A stretch of 64,000 nt of DNA, taken from positions 1,001,773-1,065,772 of the forward strand of contig BDGG01000010.1 of NCBI GenBank assembly GCA_001949185.1, written 5' to 3'. Shown piece after piece: positions 38,437-51,328 of the stretch (position 1 is the stretch's first letter; the number at the start of each line of letters is the position of its first letter). This DNA is from Ramazzottius varieornatus (Eukaryota; Animalia; Tardigrada). The translations under genes and the position numbers were made by a program. A model generated the notes under the pieces. The model was not told where the DNA came from and searched no databases. It saw only the letters and a list, made by a program, of their open reading frames with translations.

Positions 38437-38773
38437 TTAGTGATCATATCTGTTGAGGTGCTCTGGACCAAGTTTAATTTTGTATCTTTTTATTTATTCC
38501 TAAATTTTTCCCATCGTATTCCCAAGTACAATACCCGGAAGTGAGGTAAGCCGCCTGTAATGTGCATGTTCATAAAAACCGCAGGCGTTAACTGGTATCG
38601 TGTGAAAATATCATTTTTAAATGTATGTCGGGCACGGAAATTTGGGTCGGGTTAGGTCATCACAGCAGAAAAAGTGTAGAAAATTGAATTTATTGCAAAG
38701 CTGAAGTTCAACAGGCAATGTCTCTGATCAAAATACTCGTGCACGTGGGTAGAAAAAATTTTTCCGTGGAACT

Positions 38774-41700
38774 TCAACGCCCAACAGTTTCCGTGAAAGC
38801 TAAACGGACCGCTTCCGGCGACCACATTATGGCGGGCTCGATATCGTCGAATTCCAGGTTCCTTGACTTCCAAAACATCTGCAATTTAGAAGAAACTCAT
38901 TTGGCTTTGTTGCAGTAAGCAGTAAAGGCTCAGGAAAGGCTCTTGCTTACGTAGATTTCTATCAGGAGAACCAATATTTTCATCCCACTGATGGTACCAC
39001 TGACTCTGAACGCGAGATCGGCGTTGTCATGGATCAGACAAGCTCCGTAGCTCGGGCAACCTTGCGTTGACCACAGTACGCAGCTAGAGTCCATCATACT
39101 GCCGAAAATAATCGGGCTTGGAAATAGAGCTGCAAGAGAAGACAAACTCTTCTGGAGGAAGTTTCAGTGGACCTTGTAAACTGACTTACCGAAGAAACAT
39201 ACACAAATGGCCATCAAGAGATGCGCCATCAACATCAAGTCTCCCGGCACAGTTCTGCAACAAGACCCAGCATCAGCGGAAGGTAGTGGCAGTCTTCAGC
39301 ACTTCAACACGAACCTGTACACGAGCATCACCGATCCCACGGTGGGAATGGAGCAGACGAATAGAATGAGGAAGAGCAGGAAGATGTAAGGCCAGAACTT
39401 GTTGCAGGATATCTTGCAGAAGCCGGCTGGGATCCTTTCGAGCGTCGTTGACATCGCACATCCACAATTCTCGTACGTCAGCGGTGTCTGCAATAAGGCC
39501 ATGGCATACTATTATTTTTTTCCACTCAAGGACGTCCTTACGCTGTTTGTGGAAGAAGGACCCTTGCATCCAGCTCGACAGGCGGAAAAGTAATTCAAGG
39601 CTCCACCCGGTGCGCTGACGTCACACACAGGAGAGAAGACCTCATCGCGACAATTGCAGTCTTGATTGCAGCTGGTGCCGATCTCGTAAAGCCTAAAGAA
39701 CACGGTTATAAAATACTGGCCGTAAATCGTTATCATTTTATGAGTGAGTTAGCCACTTACCCTTCGGGAGTGCGGTCGCCGGCTAGCTTCCGCGTATCAC
39801 AACGGAAGGATATTAGCAGCAGGAACCCCACGAAAAAGATCAGAGAAGTGGTCATAGTTATTAGTGTGGTATGTTTGGGTTTGAGATCACAGTAGCGATA
39901 GATGAAGCATCCGACCAGGATACCGCATCCGGTCGGCAGCAGAATGGCGATCGCTATAACAATAACAATCCCGCTGCACAATTTCAGTACGCGTACCGGA
40001 GTAACCGTAACCAAAAAAGCGAGTACGAACCTGTCGCGACGTTCGCTGCATTTGGCTGTACGTAAAATTGAGCTTCCAAATATTTGGGGAGAAAAATGTA
40101 AAAACCTGGACGAAAAGGAACCATACACATGTACATAAGCTGGTGACACCGCTGGCAAGAACCCTTTGTCTTGGCTCGCTGAGTTTCACCCACCTGATAG
40201 CACAAACACATTGATTATGACTGTTACGACTCGAGTCATGAAGATCTGGTTAGACAACAGCTTCTTGACGTCCTCCTTCACCACTATAAAGGGATTTAAC
40301 ACTGAAACAAAACCTTCTGAGATTTACGAAGGGCGGTTGTTCATTTGTGTCTACCCTGAAATTGTGCTCGCTTACGTCTTGTGGTCAGCGGCCTTCTGTA
40401 GGCACCTAACGGCAACTTGATATGCTGCGAAGACTTGACAAAGCCTTGATTGTCGTTGTCAACCATCGGGAACTCCGAAGGGAAGAGCTACAGAAGAACA
40501 AAAACTCGGTCAGTTGGTGCTTTGATCATGAACTGATCTTGGAAAGTTTTGTACCAGCATGGCAATCGCGACGACGAAGTTGAGGAACCCGATGAGTAAT
40601 ATCCCCATGGTCACATGCCACGCCCTCACGTTGAGCCACCTTGGATCTTGATCGCTAAAACTGGGCAAACCTACCGAGAGATAACGCCATATTTAGATTT
40701 ACATTCAACACGAACAATGACGCATATTCCACCGATAAGAACGCTTTACTTGTGGACCCACCTGGTCGATTCACCATCATGGCCGTACTGAATGCGCCCA
40801 ACAGAAATCCTAAAAACGCACACAGGAATTCCTAAAGTTGGCCGCAACGTCGATATTTACATAAACTTTGTTCGTCTTTTGTAATGATTTACCGAAGACT
40901 GGTCCGAGAACCTTTGAAAGAAAATATATTCCCAAATACAGAGCCGAATCTTTTTTCGTCAAATGGTCCTGGATGAGCGAAACGCCGTATGCTAATGGTA
41001 TAACACTGGCGCATCCGCTGAGAAAATGCGACAGCGTAAAGATGATCATGGCGGTAGTCCGCCACGCGAACCTCGCCTCCGATTTATCGCATTTTGTCAT
41101 AAGCATCGTAGAGTTCATATTTGAGGTTGTATTGGACCGGCAAACTTCGGTCTGCATTAGCTCGCTCCAGGAAGAATCCGGAGCAGCCATGCCGGGAACC
41201 TCCAGCAGGATGTAGGCCACGATAGTAATCAGAGAGCTCACGGCTATCCAACGTGGTCGATGCCTTAGTTCCCCGTAGAAACTGAGGCCGAGGAAGGTGC
41301 AGATTCTCCCGATTTCCCCGACGGATGTAGCAAAGCCAATCTGGCTGCTGGATAACTACAGAGTATGAGTAAGGTTGTTAGTCGTCACCAGTCGTTATAT
41401 ATGATGACACAGCCTACGGTCAATCTGTTACGAAAGGAAAAAACAATCGATAGGTTCACCTCGTACTGCTTCTCCAAGGAAGTGATAATACTGATCCAAA
41501 ATGCATAAAACATGCCTGAAAAACATACTATCCATAATTATTCATTGAGTACTTGATCAAGGTAAGATCGATCAGTTGAGATGTAGGATACGCCAAGCCG
41601 ATGAGAGACGACACTGTTCGAAATGTCAGCGTACCTTGAAAACAACAGAGGACTGTCAATATGACGATAAACATTTTGAGCGTTGCATAACGGTTCAGCG

Positions 41701-41905
41701 AGGAGAATTTCAGGCCGAAGAAACCGCAAGATGGTTCGGTGCTTTGCGTACCACCTTGGAGGTAGTAAGTTTTTTCCTGCTCCGTAAAAAGATTTTCAGG
41801 CACGCCCCGACCTGAGATGTCGAACACAACCTGTTCTTCCGGATCGTCGTCGGCGTCCGACAGATCGCGATCTGGGTCGCTTCGGTAGGGATGTTGGTCC
41901 GCCAT
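38774..41905 (-). CDS. Organic anion transporting polypeptide (SLCO/OATP) with Kazal-like loop, multi-exon
   Basis: CGFFGL; HRPRWIA; CNQDCNCRDEVFSPVC..NYFSACRAGC; FPSPIIFGSMMDSSCVLWSTQGC..GACLIHDN. Confidence 0.9.
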
Positions 41906-42689
41906 AGCTTTCAATAAGGTCCTTTGTTCAACATAAATCCAGAAAAAATTCCATCAGAAAAGCAACTGCTTCCTTTCGAAAGCGAGAACATCCAAACGAT
42001 TGTCTTCCAATCAGACGATAAATGCTGTCATTGTAGTCCGTTGTGCTCAATGCGGCAAAGTCGGTGGTTGGATCGACAGAATAATATTCTGCACGCTGAG
42101 AAGGTTCAGTGCGCTGCATTTGACTATTCCATTAAAAGTTTCTGTTTGCTCAGGTTTACTCAGCGGTAAGCATAGGGCGGTTTTACGTCGAGAACACTGT
42201 AATCTCGTCTGGCGCTCAGATAAGACCAGAAATGTAAGCATACAGGTACGAGATAGGTAAGCTAAGACTGGCTTAGATTCGCACCGTTAGAAAAGGAGAA
42301 AGTAATGATTTCAAAAGTCCAGCACTGGGTACATACATACAATCTACGGTGCATGAATATTTTCCGCCGGTTTGTATCGAATAAAGCAACAACACACGGT
42401 GATACTAGCAGGTGCAAAAGCGCATTAGTCACCGCACATGCTGAAGGTACAGCGGAAAAATTGATCTATACAAGGTCTGCGTCAGCAGAGGCAGCCATAT
42501 CATGCGCGGTTTATACTCCACTTATTAAAGGCAAGAAACGAAAGAATTGACATGATAACAAAACAAGCGCCGGTACAGACTTGACTGACGGTCATGGGCG
42601 GGTTTCTTTACCGTGTTTCGCATGCTGTTAGCTGCCTTGTTTAATGCTGCCCACAAAAACTGGTTCCCCCCATTGTCGATCTCTTTCCC

Positions 42690-45600
42690 TTATTCATCAA
42701 CCAGCATAGCACCGGTTTCTTCGTTCCTGCGTGCCAAAGTCAGCGGAGCTGGCTCATCCGACAGTGAAGAGCTGGGGGTGCGCGGCACGTGGGAGCGACG
42801 CACGTGGCTGTCGTGGGCAGCGTGGGACGCGAAGGACTTCCCGCAAAACTTGCACTACAAAACAAATCAGTGCTTTCTCCCAGAATGACAGTACATGCAC
42901 GACGGGAAATTATGGGGCCGGTTAAAATTATGGGACCAAGCGGAAGAGACGGCAAAATGGAGATTCAAATGTAGAAAAGTGTCCAAAAGTGCATTATTAT
43001 GAATCGGTCACGTACGTACGTGCTTCCGTATCATTGTTGACGGAAAACTGACAGAGTAACTCAAAGTTTACGTTGCAGCAGTACTTCACAGAGCTTCTGA
43101 CTGAACCAACCACGAAAATATTGTTTTTCATTTGACCGAGGCAAAAATGGTTTTAACGGGAAGAGCAACAAATAAGGCGAAGCAAATGGGTACCTTGAAT
43201 GGTTTTTCGCCGGAATGTTGCCGAATGTGCGTCCGGAGGATGGAGGACGCCGTGAAGGTTTTGGCACAGTGAACACACTTGTATGGTCTCTGGCCAGTAT
43301 GCACGCGTCTGCGACGATAAAAACCCAACGCGTAAGTTTTTACTACCTTGTATAATACACTCATAAACACTTTTCCAACACTGCCTTCCGTACAAGGCAC
43401 AAGAGACCGCACTTCAACCGCGACGGAACACTACGTGGGCTAAGTCACGTAAACGTCCGGCAGTCAACCATGAGCTCATTCAACTGGACAGACGATCCCC
43501 ACACAGACACTGATCTGATAAAGCTGGACAATAGAGAAAACTGGTATTCGTTTTCGGTAGAACTTACATATGTTTATTTAGGCTAGACGATTGACTGAAG
43601 GCTTTTCCACATGCTGCACACACGTGGGGCTTGTATTTCTCGTGAACGTGGAGAATGTGGATCCGAAGTCGATCCCTCTTTTCAAACGACCTGTAAGAAA
43701 TCAAGAGAAAACAGTATCAGAATTTCACATGTACGGCAAGTATCTTCGTTTTTTCCTAATGATTACTTGGGCCGTCGGCAAATAACTCGAAGGCGATTAC
43801 TTTCCAAGGTGGCGCGCAGTTTTAGTCAAAAAATAGTGCACACGTGCGCCACTTGAAATAGCGATCAGGATGAATTCATCAGCCGACGTCAAGTCCGAGT
43901 CCGTGGCGACATCTGCAGGTTGTCTGTTCAAATCTTGGATTTCGCGCTTACCGTGAACAAGTTGGACAAGGATAACCTCTGTTGCCTCTATCCACACATC
44001 GAGTGAACTTTAAGTGCTTCTCCAAGTAATATTTGTAAGTAAACATCTTTCCACAGCGCTCGCAGGAGAAGCCGGTCTGTGCTTCAGAAGAGGATGCTGC
44101 AAAAGATCAATACGCCTTCGTAATATTAACACAGCGCGCGTTCAGCAAGTTCTGGCTTCTTATCCTACCTTCTTCTTTGAATTTGTCTTCTGGACCTGCC
44201 AACGAACCGACTTTCTTCAAGTTGGGACTGTTGAGTGCGACAGCTTTGCCTAAGTACCCTTCGTAGTCCTCGCTATACCAGACAAATAACTCGCTGTTCA
44301 CCGGGATATCTCGCATGGATTGGTAGTAGATTTCTCCGTCCTGTTGTATCACTTCCATGTTCTGCTCGAGGGAAGACCTCGCGCATTGGACTAGGCTCAT
44401 CCATCCTGCGACTCCGCCGGAAGTCCTTCCGTCGATGTAATGACTAAGCTTGCCATCGTCAAAGACCTGAGAAAATGACCAACTTGATAACGTAGGGAAA
44501 AGTCCTCCGGGTCGAATTCCGGTCAAATTAAGCTCCTCGACGACAGTTTCGTAACATAATTCAAGCTCGACAGAACTAACCTCCCAAATTGCAGCGCGAT
44601 TGTCGGTATTAATCTTGATTTCATTTTTCTGGATGATTTTTCCCCGGTAAGGTCCATATCTTGTGCCTTTGGTGATGTCCGCCTTTGCGAAAACACCGTA
44701 TTGGGTGACACCGAAAATATCCGTTTGGCCAAGCGAGAGACCTGTAGCAGAAAACAGTTCAGGCCGAACATCGAATATCACCCCGTCCAAAACACGGTCT
44801 CATCGGGAGAAGGAACATGGCGGGCCATCCGTACCAGCAGGAAGATCTGAAGGATTCACATGAGCTTTCTTCGAAACACTCTCTGCTACATTCCGCGGTC
44901 TAATATTCTGCGCCATAAGACCAGCCTGACCTGTAATGAAAACTACAAATTAGAAATCGATAAAATAATAGAAAAGAAATTTTATACTTATACATATGTA
45001 GTCTAATGTCGAAGAATGTGAATGTGACTGAGAGTATGGAGTGGAAAATTGAGAACGACAAAAAAAGCAATCAGCGAGTGTGTAGTGTTGAGGAAAACAG
45101 GAGGAAGAGTCGGCCGCTCCTTCTCGTACAGGAATGATATGTGGGACGAGGCGATCGATAGTTTGGTTGAGAGTCAAGTCGGGAAAGGTCGCAAGTTAAA
45201 ATAAGCGGTTATCGGGGTCGTTGTCGAGTTGATGAAACGCCAGTTACGGTGACCACACACGTCGCGGACCGATCATCATTATTTAAACAAACATACTTGG
45301 TGAGGTGACAATGGGCGACAAAATGCTAGCACAGATTGGCAATCTGTTAGGCACTTTCCGTCCATTGATCGACTATTTAAACAACTAATTATCCGCTACT
45401 AAAACAAAAGTGACCAAGTGTTTGTAGACACCTGCTACTGTTGGCGCTTTCTTCTCTTGAACGGCTTTGACACACGTTTGTTTTCCTTTAACGACCGTTT
45501 GCACTCAATTATTCACGGCATAAGACACGACATGACCACCTTCAAACATCGTTATCGGGACGCGCGCCTCTCGTTGTTCCTCTTTCACCTTCACTTTCAG

Positions 45601-46290
45601 AAAAAGATCAGCAAAAATCCCACGAAAGTCTATCCTCAAGCCCCGAATTCCCACTCAGTACACGCTCGAAGGGAAAATTTGGAACAGTAAAAAGTATGGG
45701 ACAGGCGATTCCGAAACAGTCGAACGGAAGTTCGTACGTACGTATGCAGTTCACAGCAATGCACTTTTTGACAATTTTCTACGGTTGAATTCTCAAATTG
45801 CCGTCTTCTCCGCCTGTTCCAAACGTTTAACTGAATTACTGTCCCAAACTTTCCCTTCGAGCGTGTACTACTTGACTCATGACGAATTTTTGATCGACCG
45901 AATCCAAATCGTGTGTCTGATGAAACTTTTCTTGGGATTTTTCTACCAGATTTTCCATAAGAAAAAGCTTAGTTACGTACCGAGATGGTATGCGTTCCAG
46001 CCCATCTGCAGGGCGGACATTGCCATTCCACGGCTTGGGTCTTCGGTTCTTCGCAGGTATTGCCCGAAGAAAGACTTGTCGAAGTCAGTCATGGAGAACA
46101 TGGGGTAGCTGAATGGCGGATAAGCACTCCAATGCGACCACATTGAAGGAAAGTGTGAGGGAAACCCGATCGCCGAAGGCCACACAGATTTGGGGAAGAT
46201 CGGTGACGATGAGGAAACTTGAGACTGCGAAGCCGTATCTACCATCGGGAACGCTCTGTAAGCATAGCCCAAGTTACGGAACGTGTCCAT
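42690..46290 (-). CDS. PRDM14: PR/SET domain zinc-finger transcription factor PRDM14
   Basis: PR/SET: LPAGLSLGQT..KGTRYGPYRG..WMSLVQCARSSLEQNM..ELFVWYSEDY. Fingers [97 protein letters not shown] are PRDM14-diagnostic. The first exon joins in phase 1. Confidence 0.93.
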
Positions 46291-47888
46291 AGAATTCTAA
46301 ATCATTACAGAACCTCATTCAACAGAATCAAAAGTTTTTTCGGAGGTCGGCGAATGACTTGACATAATCGTCTTCCCAACTGGCGCACACTTCCAGCCAA
46401 CAAAAATGAAAATTGCGCCACTTAAATATCAATCATGTCCAGTCCATGCGCCGACGACCCACTCGACGTACCTTTGCAGGACTGCTGGATTCATTTTGGA
46501 GGCTTCGGAATGATCAAAAGCTTCCAATTGGCAAAACCAAGTCTTCGGAAAGGTCACGAGGAAGGTATGACTTTGGGGAGTAGACTTGGGGCGACGGCAG
46601 AGTCTGACTAAGGCCTTCAAACGTGTGTGGTACGACTTGAGAAAGCTCTACCGCCGCGCTTCGTGTTCGTCTTGGGGGAAGAGGAAGAAAGGGACCAAGG
46701 AGCGATTAGTAGAGCAGGTAGCTTGGTTTGTCGATCGGCAAAGCGCAAGTACAAAGTTTGTGTACGTGTGTCCATTTTGACACGAGGTTGCTTTGCTTCG
46801 AGACAACGCATGTGTGTACTTACACAAATGTGCCTATCCATGAAGAGAGGCTGCACTCTATCGACCGGCCTACCTACCCAACTAGCAGAACAAACTTTGT
46901 CCCCAAGAAATGTCGTGTTTAGATTGGGGCATTATTGTCAAACAATTAAAGTAAGATGTGTTCAGAAATCGGAAAGAGCATTCGATGAAAAGACCGGCGT
47001 GTTTCATGCGCACCATAAAGTGCACAGTCAAGCAACCACACAGGTGTTAGGAGTCTGGTCCTTCCACCTGTACCATCTCGATCTCTACGGTAAGTGACCC
47101 GAGGCGCACGCGCTTCTTCTTTCCCCTAATTGGTCCAAGTTCACAAAAGGTTACAAAAGGTTCAGAAAAGGTTGTCTTTAATCACAATTCAAAATCTATA
47201 ATAGACTACTGCACGTGAAACTTGTTAAATCTGGCTGCAACTCGAAAGACACGTAAAACAATCAACGCGCCATTATCGTATCTCTTGATTGCCCGAATGG
47301 TCAGCTTCCTGAAAGATCAGTCGGATTCAGTCCACGCAAAGACCCAAAAGGCGCTTGCAAGTGAACCTTAACCGGTGTACGTACTGTATTGCGCAACATA
47401 CATAGTATCTTCTCGATGAATTGAAATTGCCCACTGAACTCTATATCCAGTTTTCCTTTTCGTTTTCTGCAAAAGAAAACTCGTGCAAATATTGTTGGCC
47501 AAGTTTCCTATTTTCGAAGCACGAGGCGAAAACTCAAGGTGTTGAATAGGTCGAGAATGTCTTTTGCGAGGTGATGAAATGAGGCTCTATCGATTGGCTA
47601 GCTGGGTTGGTTGGATAGATAAACTCTCACAAAAGGTGACATCTTTCGGACAAAAGACTGGCGGTGACAAACAGCGACCGACCTGCCGGCACTGCGTGCA
47701 TAGGACACACGAAAACATTTCGCCAAGTTCCTTTGATGCAGTCACTACCTTCAGCTAATGAATGAGCCCGTCCACCTATTATCCTTCAGCACCACATTTA
47801 CAGTATCAAATCAGCACGACGACATTCCTGCCGCGACACACCGGGCTTGAACTGAAAAGACCTAATGGGAAGTTGAACAGGCGTCTAT

Positions 47889-49097
47889 TTACTCTTTCAA
47901 ACTCAATGCACCAAATATGCAATGATACACAAAATCTGCATTACTGCCCCTGACATTCCTCTTTAGCTCAGACAGCTTCTGCCACATTGCAGCCGAGTCA
48001 AAGTCAGTACCATTCAACGTTGACAAAATGGTGGCGGCTTCTATCAAGTAAGCAGAGTCGACGGTGCCGCACACCGTAGCCCCGACTATCACACCCTTCT
48101 CAATCAACACTTCAAAACTGAGTTTCTTACTGGTAGTTGGCTCTTCGAAGTCTCTCGCTATCTTGAACTTGGGTGTGTTCCCGAAGACGAAGTCCTTCGT
48201 TTCAAGCTTCGAAGCTTCTGCCGTTACCCCATGATAGGCTTCTTCCGTCGGAAGCACTTCTTCTGTCCATTCTAAGGCGTCTTCGTCGGAAGATCCATTG
48301 AGATCTCTGTAGGCTGCTTTCTTGTACGAGTTCATCAGGGCCTCGCAGGTCAGTGCGGGAGCTATCTCGGCAAGGTTCACTGTCGGACTTGGAACACTCT
48401 CACTGGCAGTCGTCTGGATACCTTTCTGTAAAAGGAAAAATATGCCCATAATATAACTCTCCATGAGTCCACGATACCCACACATTCAGGAGCTCGACTT
48501 ACATTGTTCGGTTTTAGTACAGCTCGTAGATGCTCCTTCTCCACATTGCATAATAATGTGCAATGGTGATAAGCAGCTTTCCGACCGAGCTTTGCCGCTA
48601 CAAAAACGATTGCTTGAGGTAGATTCACGACAGAACAGCGAACCGGAAGTAAGCTAAAAGACCTGCGCAAGAGTTGGCTTACCTGTTCCGGATACTTTGA
48701 GCTTCTCGTTCACTACGATATCGTCTCGTGGAGAAACCACCGCCCGAATACCATAAACATCTTGTAAGACTTTCACAATGAAATGTAGGTTAGTCTTTCG
48801 ATTATAGAGATTTCTTTCAGTCATGAAGGAAAAGTTGAGGTTGCCCATGTCATGGTACACCGTCCCCCCGCCGCTATGCCGTCTTGCCAAGAGGATCCCG
48901 GCGTCAGCCATCATGGATACGTTGCACTCTTTCCAAGGGTTCTGGTACCTTCCGATGACCACGCATGGAGTGTTGCGCCACATCAGAAGCAGGCTGGCCT
49001 TTGTGAAGTCAAAGTTACGGTACAGCCAGTCTTCCCAAGCGAGGTTGAGGTAGATATTGTGGGATTTTGAGATCAGCACCCGCCACTGACGAGACAT
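47889..49097 (-). CDS. LIPT1: Lipoyltransferase 1 (3 coding exons)
   Basis: NLAWEDW; VVIGRYQNPWKEC; ARRHSGGGTVYHDMGNLN; KVSGT|AAKLG..AYHHCTLL; FGNTPKF. Confidence 0.93.
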
Positions 49098-49435
49098 CGA
49101 ACCGAAGGACCGGAAGTAGAAAGCCTCACGTCAAGGTACTTCCGGCTGGACGATCCCTACAAGAAAAAGCGATCGTAAGTACCCTTGAATTTTTATAAAT
49201 TAAATTTATTAAGGTATACAGCAGATAACCCATAGGCATAAGAAATTAACCAGTGTTAGAAAAACTTATGTGCATAAAACAAAGTGATTGGGATACCAGT
49301 CTGCGACTCTGCGGTTGGAAACGTGGTGGTAGTACACGCAAACGGCTTAATCAAGCGTATTTGATCCGAAAGAACGAATTAATGCAAATTAAGGCAAGCA
49401 GCAAAGTCAGGAATTTTAAGACAGATTTTAGATCG

Positions 49436-50230
49436 TCATCTAATTTCCATATTAGAAATACGCGAAGGGGTGAAGGTCGATGGCGCTTTCACTTCCGAAG
49501 CTAACAAGTTGCTTGTGTGAAAGTCCGAAGCGTAGCCTGCGAAAGCAGGAACAGTGGGAGGAATCGCTGTCAGCTTCTGCGAGTTCCCCGAATCATTCGA
49601 GCTCGATTTTTCTTGGTTCTCTTTCTCCGTTTGGACTCCCTTCTCTTCAGCAGCCAACGACAGCGCCGCCCGACCGTTCATCTTCAGACTAATGTTGGTC
49701 AGTTCCCTCAACGTGGCATTCTCCAGCACCAAGTGGGCAGCCCGTTCCACAATGCCCGCATCCGCTTCGTTATCGTCCCACACTGACTGGTGTATCACGG
49801 CTAACGTGATACCTTTGTCGTGGATGATTCTACCCAGCTGTGCTTCATGATGGTCCAGGTTCTCTTTGGCTTCAATCAAACCGTCAGAGATGGTTGTGGT
49901 CGATGCAACGGCCTGTCTGTACTTCTGCATTATGAGATCGAGAGTGAGCTGTTGTTCTGTGACCACGTTGTACAGGCGTTGGTTGTCTTCGACTAGAGCG
50001 CGGTAGTGGGGAACACCGAGGATGAGGTCAGGAAGGGGATGGGAAAGCGCGTTGTCCAGCTCGCTTCCTGTCATCTTTTCGGAACCGTCGTTGCATTCTA
50101 AACCAGCTTCCATACGGGCCAAGGCTGATCGGGCTGCTCGTCGACTGGACTCCAGACCTGTATCTCTCTGACGCATGCTGCTCGTCATCTGCTTGGCCCC
50201 TTTCAGGACGTCGCTTACCGTTAATGCCAT
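49436..50230 (-). CDS. FGFR1OP2: FGFR1 oncogene partner 2 / SIKE family coiled-coil protein (intronless CDS)
   Basis: MALTVSDVLKGAKQMTSSMRQRD; LTLDLIMQKYRQ (family motif LELIMSKYR); LVLENATLREL (family motif L..EN.GLRE.L). Confidence 0.85.
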   Translation of the reverse strand: MALTVSDVLKGAKQMTSSMRQRDTGLESSRRAARSALARMEAGLECNDGSEKMTGSELDNALSHPLPDLILGVPHYRALVEDNQRLYNVVTEQQLTLDLIMQKYRQAVASTTTISDGLIEAKENLDHHEAQLGRIIHDKGITLAVIHQSVWDDNEADAGIVERAAHLVLENATLRELTNISLKMNGRAALSLAAEEKGVQTEKENQEKSSSNDSGNSQKLTAIPPTVPAFAGYASDFHTSNLLASEVKAPSTFTPSRISNMEIR

Positions 50231-50913
50231 CTGGGAGACGCACTAGCTTTCTTCTCGGTCAGCAACCACCGAACTTACGTGACGATCTTTGTCAGCTAGT
50301 GCTGCGAACCTGAAGCACGGACACTGGCGTAGGTACACTCACCTAGATGAAGAAGTTTACTTAAGGATCGAAACATTATAAAAACGTGACAGTCTACTCG
50401 ATCATTGTCATGATAAGGTAGTACTCAAAAATCTTCCCAACATACCTGTTCAAATTTCTATCACGGATCGTTGGTGTGTACGGGATCGAACGAAAAAGCC
50501 CTGGAAGCGAAGACAACGAGAGTATAGCAGAGCAAACGAAGATACTAACATTACGCTATCGGATAACGTCTATAGAGACACGTTCACAGGTGTCCATCGA
50601 CTTTGGGGTACACTATGCATACAGCTAAGATATCCTTACCAGCAGAGAAATGAGGTATCGCCGCTAACCGTTCAACGTTGCTGCCTGTGTCCACGATGTT
50701 CTTCCAAAGGAAATCTGGGACCGGACGCAGTCCCGCGCAGTGAAGATGCTACTATCCCGCACGAGTCGTTCACAACTCGCTGCGCTCTATGGCTAAACAT
50801 ATTTTCCAAACTGCAGTCGGTCTGTAAGCAGTCCGGAGATGAAGACAGAACGTCAGGTTCGTGAAAATCTTGATCGAGCACAAGAAGAGATTCGGAAAAC
50901 GGGGAAGAAAATA

Positions 50914-51328
50914 AGGGCTTACAAAGACTAAGCTGGCTTGGTGGTGTAATTACACAAGCTACTTTGGTGGATACGCCCAAAAATGTTTTTTTACCAGTTA
51001 GGAAAGCGGTGTTACGGCTTGCTTTGAAAGCCCCGCACTGCAGGTAAGTACGATCGGAGGATTATGAGATCTTTGATGTCGGAGGAACCACCATACACTC
51101 ACAAGTAGGACGGGTAGCGAGAAACTTCGTCATGGAAGTGACATTTGAAAGTTTGGAGGGTAGCACAGTGCACTCGGGATGTTGGTTAAGTCTGGTGTAA
51201 TTACGAGTCGTTCCGGAGCGACTCGTAATTACACCGAAAGTGTGATGTCTCGTGGAATGAATAGGCCAATCATAAGGGTGTGGGTGGAGCCAATTGCACC
51301 AGCGTTGTAATCAGTCTTTGTAAGCCCT
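50914..51328. mobile_element. MITE family A, copy 2
   Basis: Same TIRs and TA flanks as 10797-11228, co-linear internal sequence. Confidence 0.9.

Noticed and set aside
42891-42940. TIR-like end with duplicated AAATTATGGG
   Set aside because: No matching opposite end found; at most a fragment.
50296-50378. MFRSLSKLLHL exon as a mitochondrial presequence for LIPT1
   Set aside because: Splicing to the 49157 acceptor meets an in-frame TGA before the LIPT1 ATG, and splicing to the 50310 acceptor gives GSQH*. At most a uORF.
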